Shown one piece after another: positions 50,880 to 64,000 of a stretch of DNA of 64,000 nt. Numbering within the stretch: the first letter of the stretch is position 1; the number at the start of each line of letters is the position of its first letter. The notes under the pieces were generated by a model. The model saw only the letters and a list, made by a program, of their open reading frames with translations. It searched no databases and was not told the DNA's origin. Source of the DNA: Lytechinus pictus (taxonomy: Eukaryota); assembly GCF_037042905.1 (NCBI RefSeq), contig NC_087247.1, positions 30,442,001 through 30,506,000 on the forward strand, given 5' to 3'. Made by a program: the position numbers and the translations under genes.

Positions 50880-51400
50880 CTGTCTGTCCTTGTTGTTTCA
50901 ATACAAATTAGCTCATAAATAGGTGCATAGCTATATAAAGATTCATTACCTCCGCTGGTCGGGTTGGGTTTGCCCATTTTTCGAAGATAATTTTTTAATC
51001 AAGCACCGAAACAGCAACCCCCGCCTTCGATTTTCCAGTTCCAGCTGAGTTAACGTTGTAATTCTGCAGCCAACAATTCCAATTGCAGCATAGCGCATCC
51101 GGGTGGTGTTTACTGCACAAATCGTCCAATGCAAATTCAAGATCTACAAGCAAATCGGCCCATAACGCAGAAGTAAACTGGCAACAATCTCATTGACTCA
51201 TTTTCATAATTTTTACACAATAAAAACATACAAATAGACAACGCATATTTTTGGGACGGGGCATAAGATTGATGAGCAGCCGCTGGATCGGTAGGCGTCG
51301 AATCTGGGCCCTGGGGGAAAGCTAATTCCTGCCCTCTTCCTGCTTCAGTCAATGACGTCGGACCGTCCCCGATCGTCGGCCGCCACCACGGTTGTTTTCA
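50880..51400 (-). promoter_or_regulatory. Likely non-coding first exon and promoter of the Praja-like gene
   Basis: Donor CAG|GTGAGT at 50880 (alternative GAG|GTAATG at 50950), locally CpG-rich, CCAAT near 51126, CRE-like TGACGTCG at 51353. Confidence 0.45.
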
Positions 51401-52057
51401 AGGAATTTATACTTTTTTTCCTCATTCATTTTCCCCTTATCTCCATGTTTTTTTTACCTTGCCCCATTTAAATTTGTCTGCTTATTTATATACGGTATGT
51501 TTTTTTTTTATTTTTTATTTTTTATATTATTATTTTTTTTATATTTTATGCCAATTGATCGAGATCCTTGGAAATTTTATTAAGGGGTCGATTTTATGTG
51601 GAGCAAATAATATCAGCCCGATCTTGCAAGTCTCCCCCGGCCCCCAAATAAGAGGGTAGCGACAGCGTCACTGGTTGCCATACCTGCGTGATGACAGGTG
51701 CATAGCTAGTTCGCCTACCGGTACTATAACTAGCCGACCTAACCCTGGTGCAGGCAAATGGATGCCCCAATTATTTCTAACCCATGGTCCGGATCGGAGG
51801 GGGGGGGGGTGTTGTTCAGCCGTGGTCAGACAACCCCTCCCCGCCCCCCCCCCCCCTCGCGGGAAAAAAAAATGATGTAGCCAATATAGGTCGAGGGGAA
51901 GATCTTAAAAAATAGGCCACAGGCCATGGCTCATCCCCTACTCATTGCTCTGTGACTTTCCCGTATACGTCCAAATAATTATTTTTTTTCTTTTTAAAAG
52001 GGTCGATATTTCATTAGGCCTTCTCCATGCACTCACCCTATTGTTTTGAGGGGTGGG

Positions 52058-52310
52058 CATGGGAGGAAATCGCAGGGGGACGCATCCCCCTACCCAAAAT
52101 AGTACTGGGGACACAATATCGAATATACTATTTTGGGGTCTTTTATGATGGAAAGAAATGCATCATTAAAAAAAAGTCGAAATAAAACATGTATTTTGGA
52201 CGAGATGACCTTACATTTGGGGTGATAACCTTTTTTTTTTGCTTGTCAAATTTTCCAGCCCCTGGTCCCCCCCCCCCCCCACCTTCATTAGGGACAGATT
52301 TCCACCCTTG
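52058..52310. mobile_element. hAT-type MITE (uninterrupted relative of 6796-9149)
   Basis: catgggaggaaatc...gatttccacccttg; internal text shared with 6796-7028. Confidence 0.75.
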
Positions 52311-52802
52311 GGTGTCGGGGCGCCAATTTTAGAATATAGTGTCTTTTCCAAACTTATAGGCCTATTATAATACTCCCTGTTTTTCTCCGAAGGAGTTCGG
52401 GAAGGGCACCGGAAAGGCACCGCGTGTACGTGGTTGGGATAATTCAAAATCAGATTGAGGTAAAGATTGACTTCAAAATGACAGATAAGCCTAAACATAT
52501 TAGGAGAAGAAGGTAGCCAGTCATGAGGAGGAGTCATTAGTCATAATTATATAGGAGAACAAAGCAATGATCGCTAGTATTAAGAGAGAAGAGGGTCGCT
52601 GGTCATTACAGAGAATTAATTTCTCAATTCACTAATTTCGTCTAATATAGACAATATATAACAAAGAAAAATTAATGTAATATTCCCTAGCTCTCCTCTG
52701 TCGGACATTACTTTTTAATCAATTCCCTGTTTTTGAACCTGGATTTGCAATGATATTGTTCCCGTTCTACTGTCCTTGCGTCCGCACACCTATTGTTCAG
52801 GG

Positions 52803-53035
52803 CACTGGCGGATCAAGGGGGGGGGGGGCAAAGCCGGCCCGTGCCCCCCTTGAGAGGCACAATTAAAATTTGCAATGTAAAAATGCCGTTAAAAGAGAAG
52901 TGTGCCCCCCCCCTTAGAAGTCTTTGAAAGTGAAGACTTTTTTGGGCTTCATTTGTCTTTTTTTTTCGTGGACGAAGTATACCCTTAGTTTTTTTTTTGC
53001 TTGTCAAATTTTTGCCAATCCTGGATCCGCCCCTG
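52803..53035. mobile_element. hAT-type MITE
   Basis: Perfect 8-bp TSD gttcaggg; TIRs cactggcggatc / ggatccgcccctg. Confidence 0.85.
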
Positions 53036-53203
53036 GTTCAGGGGGTGATCTATATTGTTCCATCCCCCCTAAACAATTAATAGGTGTGTGACACAAGGAT
53101 TTCGGCGCTGTCCCGTTCAGTAACAACCCTAAGTACGATTTTACCAGCGATCAAAGTGAGCCAGGAAATATTTTCTTAAAATATTATATTCTATACCCTG
53201 GTC

Positions 53204-53472
53204 CACTAGCGTACCTACGGGGGGGGGGGGCAGGGGGGCAGTCTGCCCCCCCCTGACGAGCCACAACCCATGCAAAGGACGTATCCCTGCCCCCCCCTGA
53301 CGAGCTCGAAATACCTATTTTGCCCCCCCCCCCCCTGACGAGCTTGAAGACCTTTATTGCCCCCCTGACGAGATTGAAGACTTTTTTTTTTTTTTTTTTT
53401 TTTTGCTTGTAAATTTTTTTGGCGGACGGTTTTGCCCCCCCCCCCCTGTGGAAAATCCTAGGAACGCCACTG
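53204..53472 (-). mobile_element. hAT-type MITE
   Basis: Perfect 8-bp TSD ccctggtc; TIRs cactagcgtacc / ggaacgccactg; four ccccctgacgag repeats. Confidence 0.85.
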
Positions 53473-55571
53473 CCCTGGTCTATGCCCTACCGTATGTATG
53501 GATTACTAAAAAATATAGACCAGGGTATATAAAAATGTATGAGTAATAAGGGAGTAATTATTGATATACAACATCATTGCTCTATGCATGAGACTGTATA
53601 AATTTTATATTTTGTCACCCTAGACTAATCTGTTTGCTTTTCTAATTCGAAGGTTACCCTGACACTATCTAACTCTGGTAATATTTGGGTCAATGATCAT
53701 TCATTACTCAGTCATTGTGATACACACTCACATCAGATTTTGTTTATGTAATGAGTGTTTATTCAATAAAACGCTTTATTATGCATGTGTGCGATGTCGG
53801 GGCCGGGGAGTGAGTTTTACATTGTATTGTGCACTTTCAAGATATTATCATTATTATTATTATTATTTTTGGAACTGATTTGTTAACTTGCCTTCAGATG
53901 TATTTAGAAAAAGGGACGAACCTTTCTCAGGCCCATGTTTCTTTCATAATTATCAGCCCTCCCCCACCCCCTCTCTCTCTCTCCCGGCACTGTATAGCCA
54001 GCCACCTCCTCCTCCCCTCACATTTCTTCTGCCATCCATATATTTCTTCTTCTTTCTCCAGGGTCCTATCATTCAATTCACCCTTTTGTTGTTTTCTATA
54101 CTTTGTTCCAGGCTTTTTTTTAAACATCTACCTCATGGCATAACTTACTAATAACTATATGTTAACTTTGACATTCAATGGATATGGTAACAGCTACCAT
54201 GGTGACTAGGCTTATGCAACTTCCTTTCAAAATCAAGCCCCCAAGGAATTAGTTACCAATTGATTGCAAATTAAGTTAATATAAGTTTTATACCAAGACG
54301 TCATTTTTTTTTAATTATTCGACTACATCAGACCCCCCCCCCCCTCAAATGCAAGTCTTTTTTCTCGAGGTAGACTTCCCCTTACAGTGTTCAGTGGTTG
54401 TGGTAACGGCACCTAGCTCTTAAATTAAGACAACATTCTCGTTTGGTCAGTTGGTAATTCACCATAAAAATACAAAATTATGAATCGAGCAAGTAATTTA
54501 CAGAATGAATAATAATATTTGAAATTCATTCATTTATGCAATTATTTCTTTTTGCGTTCTTATTTTGTTGTAAGTTTGTTAAGGCTTCTTATGTTGTTTG
54601 TTTGTATGAACCATTCGTCAATTCAGCTGTCAAGCTGCATTATGATCATAATGTGTTATCACAAAATGTAATGAGGGCGAATCTGGTGAATGTAGATTTT
54701 CACCTTCACTATATGACCCGATGGACTTTGATTCTTTTTAATATGCATCGATTTTTCTCAATATTGACCTTCATTCTCTTGTGTTTAAAATCTCAGCAAG
54801 TTAACGGTGATTATATAGTCAAGCTAGGTCTCAAGGAGATAATCATACAACGTTTTATTTAAGCTGCCATCTCCTACATACATAAAATATGAAATACAAA
54901 ATGCACAAAAAATTATAATGGCAAATATAATGACAAATCCTTATGTTTGTTCACTTAGTTTCTTTGAAGTAATTTTCAATGACATAGTATTTTCTTGTCC
55001 GTATATGTTTGGTTTGTCAAAATACTTATTGCCCCTAGGCCCTCTACGTTCTCTACAAGATATACCTTTACGTTTTTACATGCTCTTTCTAACGTGCGTA
55101 CCTCCTGCTTCCTTGTTATTAAAGCGAGAAAAACTTGTAAGTTTACCACTTTCTTAAAATTTTAATCAGAATTTGTTTTTTGTGTGACGAGGTGGATTTG
55201 TCTTTCAAACTCTTTTGGTTTTAACTTATGATACTAATTTAATGAGATGAATATTTATGTTTTACTGTCGCGATCGCGATCACGGCTGTTATCCGCGACG
55301 AGCACGAGAGGTAAGTTCCATTACGAGCGTGTGCTATTTGTCAGGCACAGGAATGAATCGTCGATCTCACGATTCCATGATTTATGTGTTGGAATAGCAC
55401 ATGAGCAAAATCACCGGCTAGAATACACCGGCTGTTGTACGTTGTTGGCGATCTTTACCCCAAATAAGTGAGTGCCCCGCAGCGTTAGCGAGAGCGTCGA
55501 GTGCATGCAAAACTCTTAAAGTTATTAATATTATCCAGTGTTTCCACTTGACTCTTGAGGGATGGCTTAGG

Positions 55572-55908
55572 CTTAGCCAGGAGGCTTCTAGAGAGTAAAA
55601 ATCATTTACTAACGTATGCTTACTCTCAACGAAGCCAGGCCCAGGGATTCTATTCATCTACACATACAATGTAGTCTGGTAGTGTACTGCCAAAAAACCT
55701 CAATTTGCTCAAACTTTCGGCCCCGAGATTTCTATATTCCTTCTATTAAAAAGATCTAGCCCTAAATCATGTACATGGGATACAACTTCATTTCCGACAT
55801 TTCTACGATATTGATTTCATTTTTAAACAAGAATTTATTCAAAAACGAGGAAAATGTTATGAAAAGACGGGGAAAACTTGCCACCGTGTTCACGTCGCCA
55901 TCTTGATT
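55572..55908 (-). repeat. Diverged inverted copy of the interspersed repeat at ~49835-50138
   Basis: Shared cttagccagg.ggcttct.gagagtaaaaatcatttactaacgta, aaaagatctag...ttccgacat and cgccatcttg blocks. Confidence 0.8.
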
Positions 55909-56853
55909 TCATTGTCTTTCGCTTGGCGACAGCACACAAATCGCCACAAACAAAATCATGTTTCCATGGAAGTGATTTAAATCAATGATTAAAGAAAAAT
56001 AAACATAGTATTAGCTCTAAGTATACGTGGGTTCTACCAACACAGAACAAGAACAGATGAAGTCAGAGGTAGATGTTGCTGGTTTGAAGGCCTGTGCTCA
56101 ACTGCCTGAGCTTGGCAGGGCATAATTTATTCTTCATTTCTTCTCTAGGCTTTCTTTGCACAAGGTACTAGATTTCAATGTTTACATATTCAAATTAACT
56201 TGGAAGATGACAACAGAAGTAACGTATCATCATGAATATGAACCAATAACACATAAGGAGTCTTACAACATAAATATTCATGATTCAGTCAACCAAGAGA
56301 GAGGAGGGGAGTAATTAACATAGCTGAAGAGAGGACCAAGAGATAAAGGAATTTGATAACAAAAGGAATGGTCAAGTGTGGGATGCAAGGAATGAAGGAT
56401 GGATGAGGGTAACAAAGGAGATGGGGATAACAAAGATAAATGAGGATTAAAGGCAAGAATGCTGATGGAGACTGAAGAAAGGGGAAAGTAAATTATGGTT
56501 ATTTTGGAGTAAAGCAATGTCCTGAAAATGAGAGAGGGGTTAAAGAACTCTGTGAACTCTGGCTTAAAAGTAATGAACTTGTAACCAAAACTGAAATGAA
56601 CAAACAAAACTGCAATAAACTTGAATAATGTACAAACTAGTTCCCCACAATAGTGATTTAAATCGCGATTTAAATCAATGTGATTTTAAATCCGCCAACC
56701 TTGGCAAGTGGTAGACACAGAGTCTACTGGAGAGACACATTGTATATTTTAAATGTGAATAACTTTGGCATACAGGGGGCTAAAGCTTGACAAGACTTGT
56801 ATAATCCATCACTCCTCATAATTGATTTCAATTAAATTAATATTAATGATAAT

Positions 56854-57065
56854 CAGTGGTGGATCTAGGGGGACACAGCTTGCCCATGCCCCCACCCCCT
56901 TATGAGAGCCATAATCAAAATTTGTAATGTAAAACTACAGATTTTACCCGAGTGTGACACCCCCCCTTTTTTTAAGTGAGAACCTTTTTTCTTTTTTTGC
57001 TTGTCAAATTTTCAGCGGAAAAATGTGCCCCCCCCCCCTTTTGGAAAATCCTTGATCTGCCTCTG
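56854..57065. mobile_element. hAT-type MITE (older relative of 52803-53035)
   Basis: TSD atgataat/acgataat; decayed TIRs cagtggtggatc / gatctgcctctg. Confidence 0.75.
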
Positions 57066-57526
57066 ACGATAATTGAGAAAACGCTAAAAATCTTTACATA
57101 GAAAACACCGAAAATTCTCACACAAGTATTTATACATTATTTATAAGGTGATTTTCCAGCCGAGTGGAGACATATTGTCATGGATGTGATGTCATTTGAA
57201 AACTGAGTATATAAGCTGCAGTAGGGATGATTGTATACGCTTACATGTATATGCATGTGCATCAATTTGTGACACTGCAGTGCTCATTAAAATGAATAAA
57301 ACAAGGGTAGTTATGCCGGTGGCCATGAAAGCAGTACGTGTGTTACATGTGACTCTATGGTATTGTTGTATTGTTAGTATTAAACATGCATAACTAGGGG
57401 CTCTACCTTTGATTTTGGCCTTCCAATATAACACGTATAATAAAACATCTACACGTCATAGAATCATTAATCTGTTATGATTTATAAGAAATTTAAAGTA
57501 AAAACTATTTCAAAATATCGTTTTTG

Positions 57527-59950
57527 CAGGGTGCTACATTTATTTTTTTGAAGCACTTACCCAGTCGGGCAAGTAAATTTTCAAATAGCTGGAAAATACT
57601 TGCCCGAATATAGATTTCACTTGCCCGAAAAAATCCTTCAAAACAAAGTTTTATTGCTTCAAAACAAGTTATAGCCTTATGGTACATACCATACCATTGA
57701 CGGCTTTAAAAATGCATTTTTCAACATGACTACTGATGTACCTTGTAGTTGTATTTCTTTTTTTTTAATGATTTTTATCTTGATCATGACAAAATATATG
57801 GTCAATATGCTCTGTAATTAATTTCCTGATCTCATATATTTTCCATACATTTTGGAGGGGACTAGGACACAATAAAAAAGGGGGAATTCACTGAAAATAA
57901 CCAGAGAAAAAAAAAAGAAATTAAGAGAGGGGGAGAGAATGAAAGAAAAAAATAAGAAGAAAGACAGAAAGGACGAAGAAATAAAGGAAGGAAGAAAGAA
58001 AAAAAAGAAATAAAGAGAGAGAGAGAATTGCTGCGGGGAAGAGAAAGATGGAAAGAAAGAAAGGAAGAAAGAAGGGAAAAAAGGATGGAAAGAAAAAAGA
58101 CAGAAAAAAATAGAAAAAAAAACTCAGGGGAAGAGAAAGGAAGGAAAGAAAGGAACAAATAAAAAAGAAAAAAGTTAAAAAGAAAGAAAGGAAGAAAGAA
58201 AGAAAAGAGAAAAAGAAAAGGTAAAGGATTGATGGAAGGAAGGAAAAGGGAAAGAAAGAAAATGAGAGAAAGGAAAGAAGGAAGAAAGAAAAGGTATAAT
58301 ATGATAGATGGAAGGAAGGAAAAAAAGAAAAAAAAAGATAGAACGAAAGAAAGAAAGAAATGAAGGAATGCAGAAAGAAAAATAAGGAAGAAAAGAAAGG
58401 ATGGATGGAAAAAAAAAAAGATCAAAAGAACGAAAGACAAAAAAAAGAAAATCAGAAAGAAGGAAAGAAAAAGAAAGGAAGAAAGAAGGAAAGAAAAAAG
58501 AAAGAAAAAAATAGAGAAAAAAAAACTGAGGGGAAGAGAAANNNNNNNNNNNNNNNNNNNNNNNNNNNNNNNNNNNNNNNNNNNNNNNNNNNNNNNNNNN
58601 NNNNNNNNNNNNNNNNNNNNNNNNNNNNNNNNNNNNNNNNNNNNNNNNNNNNNNNNNNNNNNNNNNNNNNNNNNNNNNNNNNNNNNNNNNNNNNNNNNNN
58701 NNNNNNNNNNNNNNNNNNNNNNNNNNNNNNNNNNNNNNNNNNNNNNNNNNNNNNNGAATGAAGGAAGGCAGAAAGAAAAAATAAGGAAGGAAAGAAAGGA
58801 TGGATGGAAAAAAGAAAGATCAAAAGAACGAAAGACAGAAGTAAAGAAAATCAGAAAGAAAGAAGGAAAGAAAGGAAGGAAGGAGAAAGGAAGAATGGAA
58901 GACAAAAAGAAAGGAAGGAATGAAGGAAAGAAATAAAGAAAAGAAAGAATGAAAGTGATGAAGAAAGGAAGAAAAGGTAAAGAATGGATGGACGGAAGGA
59001 AGACAGTAAGAAAGAATGAAAGGAAGGGGAAAAAGACGGAAGGATTAAAGAAAGAGGTAAACAAAGGTTGGATGGAACGAAGAAAGAAAAAAGAAAGAAA
59101 GAAAAGAATGACAAAAAGAAAGACAGCTATAGTAACAGAAAAAATGAACAAAAGAAGGAAGGAAATTTAAAGAAGGAAAGAATGAAAAGAAAAGAAGGAA
59201 AGATAGGCTGAAAGAAAGAAAATATAGAGGAAGAAAGCTCAAACTATCCAGTCATAAATAAAGAAGAAATTTTATAAATTTCCTTGGCTAAAAAAAATAG
59301 TCAAAGAAACCACGTTTATCAACATACACACAAATGCATATGTCGGACTGTCAAACAATGTATTTCCGTGTGTGCAATACAGACGATCATTCGAAACCCG
59401 ATCTTTTTGAAGCATAACAGAAGTGAAAATTTCTCCTTTTACTGCTTACAAATGACAGAGCTACCCCAATTTTTAGGAAATATGGACGTTACAAGAATTT
59501 TCATTAGTAAGAAATGTGAATTTTGACAGTTCTATGGGAGATTTCTTCCAGAGAAAACTTCGTTCGTGCAGCACCGTACTCCGTAGAAACTTAACTACAA
59601 TCATCGGTTGCGTGGACTAGGCGCTAGCTAGCTAGGTATGCTAGACTGCCATTGATTCTGTGTGTGTGTGTACGTCTCTGAGCTGTGTGTTTATTGCAGA
59701 AAATGGCGCAAATTTTGCAATTCGAATCATGACTTATAAACTTTTTTGAAAGAAGAAATTAATGATATTGCTTTTTTTGTCTCTTTTTCTTTTCTATATT
59801 TTGATGGTGAAATATGGGGAATCTTTCTTTCCATAGGAGAATTTTGCTTGCCCGATTCGGGCAATCAGTTTTTGTCTTGCTTCAAAACACTTGCCCGACT
59901 CTAACTTTTACTTGCTCGGGCAATCGGGCAAGCGCTTATGTCGCACCCTG
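57527..59950. mobile_element. hAT-like non-autonomous element with an expanded internal purine tract
   Basis: TIRs cagggtgctaca / tgtcgcaccctg; subterminal cgggcaa/ttgcccg repeats at both ends; flanks share gtttttg. Confidence 0.7.
57900..59240. repeat. (GAAA/GGAA)n purine-rich low-complexity tract with gap
   Basis: Directly visible. Confidence 0.95.
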
Positions 59951-59951
59951 G

Positions 59952-60000
59952 TTTTTGTCTCACCTGCATAGCAGAGTGAGACTATAGGCGCCGCTTTTCC

Positions 60001-60032
<32 letters not shown>

Positions 60033-60933
60033 CGGCGGCGGCGGCGTCAACACCAAATCTTAACCTGAGGTTAAGTTTTTGAAATGACAGCATAACTTAG
60101 AAAGTATATGGACCTAGTTCATGAAACTTGGCCATAAGGTTAATCAAGTATTACTGAACATCCTGCCTGAGTTTCATGTCACATGACCAAGGTCAAAGGT
60201 CATTTAGGGTCAATGAACTTAGACCATGTTGGGGGAATCAACATCAAAATCTTAACCTAAGGTTAAGTTTTTGAAATGCCATCATAACTTAGAAAATATA
60301 TGGACCTAGTTCATGAAACTTACACATAAGGTTAATCAAGTATCACTGAACATCCTGCATGAGTTTCACGTCACATGACCAAGGTCAAAGGTCATTTAGG
60401 GTCAATGAACTTTGGCCGAATTGGGGGTATCTGTTGAATTACCATCATAACTTTGAAAGTTTATGGATCTGATTCATGAAACTTGGACATAATAGTAATC
60501 AAGTATTACTGAACATCCTGTGCAAGTTTCAGGTCACATGATCAAGGTCAAAGGTCATTTAGGGTCAATGAACTTTGGCCAAATTGGGGTATTTGTTGAA
60601 TTACAGCCATAAATTTGAAAGTGTGTTGGTCTAGTTCATAAAACTTGGACATAAGAGTAATCAAGTATCACTGAACATCCTGTGCGAGTTTCAGGTCACA
60701 TGATCAAGGTCAAAGGTCATGTAAGGTCAAAGAACTTTGGCCACGTTGGGGGTATTTGTTGAATTGCCATCATATCTCTATAAGTGTATTGGTCTAGTTC
60801 ATAAAACGTGGAAATACGAGTAACCAAGTATCACTGAACATCTTGTGCGAGTTATAGTAGTTTTCAAAATCAGCACTGCTGCTATATTGAATCGCGTGAT
60901 GCAGGTGAGACGGCCAGAGGCATTCCACTTGTT
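59952..60933 (+). mobile_element. HINE-like element, copy 2
   Basis: Near-identical to 23561-24537. Confidence 0.85.
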
Positions 60934-61239
60934 GGATATTTGAACTTAACATAAATTTGCATATCAAAATTAACTTAATGAAATATACAAATCCCGCTAA
61001 TTTATATATCATCTGTAGGAACTTACAAATCTGGTAAGTCTGCAATGGTATGGGCAAAGAGAAACAAAATATGGATGTCTGAAATGAAGTATATTTGGGG
61101 TCCTACAAAGTCAAACATTGTCACTCATAGGATGTCAGCAGTTGACCCGACCCTAATTTTTAATGCCAGTTTTTTAATCCTCGTGAAATTTCCTTTCAGA
61201 AAAAGTATATTTTAAAGATATTTTAAAAGTTAATGACCA

Positions 61240-62195
61240 TTTTTGTCTCACCTGCATAGCAGAGTGAGACTATAGGCGCCGCTTTTCCGACGGCGGCGGC
61301 GGCGGCGTCAACACCAAATCTTAACCTGAGGTTAAGTTTTTGAAATGACAGCATAACTTAGAAAGTATATGGACCTAGTTCATGAAACTTGGCCATAAGG
61401 TTAATCAAGTATTACTGAACATCCTGCCTGAGTTTCATGTCACATGACCAAGGTCAAAGGTCATTTAGGGTCAATGAACTTAGACCATGTTGGGGGAATC
61501 AACATCAAAATCTTAACCTAAGGTTAAGTTTTTGAAATGTCATCATAACTTAAGAAAATATATGGATCTAGTTCATGAAACTTATACATAAGGTTAATCA
61601 AGTATCACTGAACATCCTGCATGAGTTTCACGCCACATGACCAAGGTCAAAGGTCATTTAGGGTCAATGAACTTTGGCCGAATTGGGGGTATCTGTTGAA
61701 TTACCATCATAACTTTGAAAGTTTATGGATCTGATTCATGAAACTTGGACATAATAGTAATCAAGTATTACTGAACATCCTGTGCAAGTTTCAGGTCACA
61801 TGATCAAGGTCAAAGGTCATTTAGGGTCAATGAACTTTGGCCAAATTGGGGTATTTGTTGAATTACAGCCATAAATTTGAAAGTGTGTTGGTCTAGTTCA
61901 TAAAACTTGGACATAATAGTAATCAAGTATCACTGAACATCCTGTGCGAGTTTCAGGTCACATGATCAAGGTCAAAGGTCATGTAAGGTCAAAGAACTTT
62001 GGCCACGTTGGGGGTATTTGTTGAATTGCCATCATATCTCTATAAGTGTATTGGTCTAGTTCATAAAACGTGGAAATAAGAGTAACCAAGTATCACTGAA
62101 CATCTTGTGCTAGTTATAGTAGTTTTCAAAATCAGCACTGCTGCTATATTGAATCGCGTGATGCAGGTGAGACGGCCAGAGGCATTCCACTTGTT
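61240..62195 (+). mobile_element. HINE-like element, copy 3
   Basis: Near-identical to 23561-24537, with a shorter microsatellite. Confidence 0.85.
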
Positions 62196-62683
62196 ATAAA
62201 ACAAATGGGGTGAGTTCAAGGTGCATGGCCTCCAGGAAATTCTCAGAAATCTGGAAATCAGTAGACTAGTAGGAGTAGCTTAAGATAGTACAAGGTCAAG
62301 GAGAACTGTAATCAATGGAAGAAGAAGAATCTAAAAATTGTTTGAGTATGATGAGTATGAAGAGAAACTGAGAAGGCATAATTTAGTAGAAGTAGTAGTG
62401 AATCAAAATTTTTGATTCAGTCTAGAACTTGTGTGAAAGGGGGTGGGCATGCTGACTTTGAAAATGAAATGGAACTAAAGAATAAGATTAAACTTGAGTT
62501 TCTTTAAAATTCCTCAGAAGTCCTAGTTGATAATGTTCCTTAATTCTCAAAAGTAATTGTACAAAAAATAACATTTGAGCAAACTTCATTGAATCCCTTA
62601 CCGAAAAAACAACATGGCCTGTCATTTAAAATTTTAGATTAAAATTTTTTTTTTACATACATGTATGACCGTGTCAGACTTAA

Positions 62684-62880
62684 GGCCCGTTTACACCGCA
62701 TCCGGCACGGCGACCGTGCACGGCATTCCGGCACGGCATACGGCACATCGTGCCGTTTTCCAGTTTCCACTGCCCCACGGCACGGCAATAAAGCCGTGCT
62801 CGGATGCCGTCCGGCAGGCAAAAACCGTCCGATGTGGCAGGAAAACCCATGGCAAAGAAGCCTGCTTCAGGCGTGGCAAA
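62684..62880 (+). mobile_element. PIF/Harbinger-like terminal fragment
   Basis: taa|ggcccgtttacac terminus followed by GC-rich gcacggc/gccgtgc repeats; no matching right end seen. Confidence 0.45.
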
Positions 62881-63371
62881 AAGTAATTTTAAGGGTTTTC
62901 GTGAATCTATGTATAAATTAATCTTGTCTTGAATTCCACCAAGAAGCCTCAATCAATCTGACGGACTGCTCATTGGACAGACACAATATTCTTTCTTTTA
63001 TTCACTCGTCTATACGGGAATGGATCGTTCTATTTAAATGTTGAATTTTGTCATGATTAATATTTTTATCTTACGCTTTGCTTTCCATACTTCTTTTTCC
63101 ATTCTCTGCCATTGTCACCTGTTATCTCATTCCTCAGTTTATACACCACATTATATTGCCATTCCAACTCCACATGTTTCTATTGTCTTCTCATTTATAT
63201 TCAGAACATTCTTCTTCATTCATATCATCCTACCTCATGCTCATTGGTTCACCTTTCACACTTAGTTCTTCCACTTTTCTGGATTCTTCTATTCTCACTG
63301 TTTCTATTCGTTAAATTTATTATACGAAATTATTTCTAAACATATTCGAATACGGTATATTATTTGTTTAA

Positions 63372-63933
63372 ATGTCAAATCCACCCAAGAAAACTGTTGA
63401 TTTGAATAAATAGAAAAAAAAGTCAAACTATAGCATGATACTGAAAATTTTCATGCAGACTCGGATGTAAAATAAGAAAGTTATGACATTTTAAAGTTTC
63501 GCTAATTTTCACAAAAGAGTGATATGCACACCTCAGTGACATGCAAATGAGACCGTTCCTCACTATTTTTTTTTTTTTTTATTGTTTGAAAAATACAATA
63601 TTTCATTTATATGACAATAAGGACCAACTTGACTGAACCAATGCTAATTCTACATGTTCAGGGAGGAATTGATTGTCGTTTCTCTTGACAATGAGAAGAA
63701 AATTACATTTCATATAATAAAATACAAAAGAAATAGTGAAGGGATTACGTCATCAGTCTCCTAATTTGCATACCGATCAGGATGTGTATATAACTGTTTT
63801 TTTTTAATCAAGTCAAACTTTAAAATATCATAACTTTCTTAAGTTACATCGGACTTTGAATTTTCAGTGTTATGCTTGTTGGATATTTCTTTTTTTATTT
63901 AAATCAACTTTTTCGTTGGGGTGGACTTGTTCT
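63372..63933. mobile_element. Kolobok-type MITE
   Basis: TTAA on both sides; imperfect TIRs atgtcaaatccaccc / gggtggacttgttct; interior resembles 38092-38648. Confidence 0.75.
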
Positions 63934-64000
63934 TTAAAATCAATGCCAAGTGAGGTCTGGCCCAATAAATCAGAGCAACACTGGACTTCATTTTGTCGAC

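Noticed and set aside
57862-59242. 429-aa Phe/Leu/Ser ORF and Lys/Arg/Glu-rich ORFs
   Set aside because: Artefacts of a purine/pyrimidine low-complexity tract spanning an N-gap.
62639-62952. Overlapping GC-rich ORFs on both strands
   Set aside because: Stop-poor repeat interior with no recognisable protein motif.

Overview
AT-rich eukaryotic (invertebrate, probably echinoderm/sea-urchin-like; species not provable from sequence) genomic window with five N-gaps. The left 28 kb hold a head-to-tail array of three intact Dispatched-family (RND/SSD, DISP1-like) genes on the minus strand. All three share exon phases, a 124-nt TM1 exon and one huge terminal exon; paralog A runs off the left edge, B is about 1040 aa and C about 1036 aa. 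A Praja-like RING-H2 E3 ligase gene (about 899 aa, five coding exons) lies at 42.9-47.8 kb on the minus strand, with a likely non-coding first exon near 50.9 kb. The intron before its RING exon holds decayed copies of that exon that could act as a poison exon. The rest is non-autonomous mobile DNA and simple repeats: hAT-type MITEs with 8-bp TSDs (one nested), a Tc1/mariner-type MITE, Kolobok-type MITEs, three near-identical Helentron-associated elements carrying tandem perfect DR1 nuclear-receptor motifs, tRNA-derived SINEs, a LINE tail and a 4-kb (CAT)n-derived ~190-bp higher-order satellite. All exon boundaries and translations were read by hand; no database searches were run.
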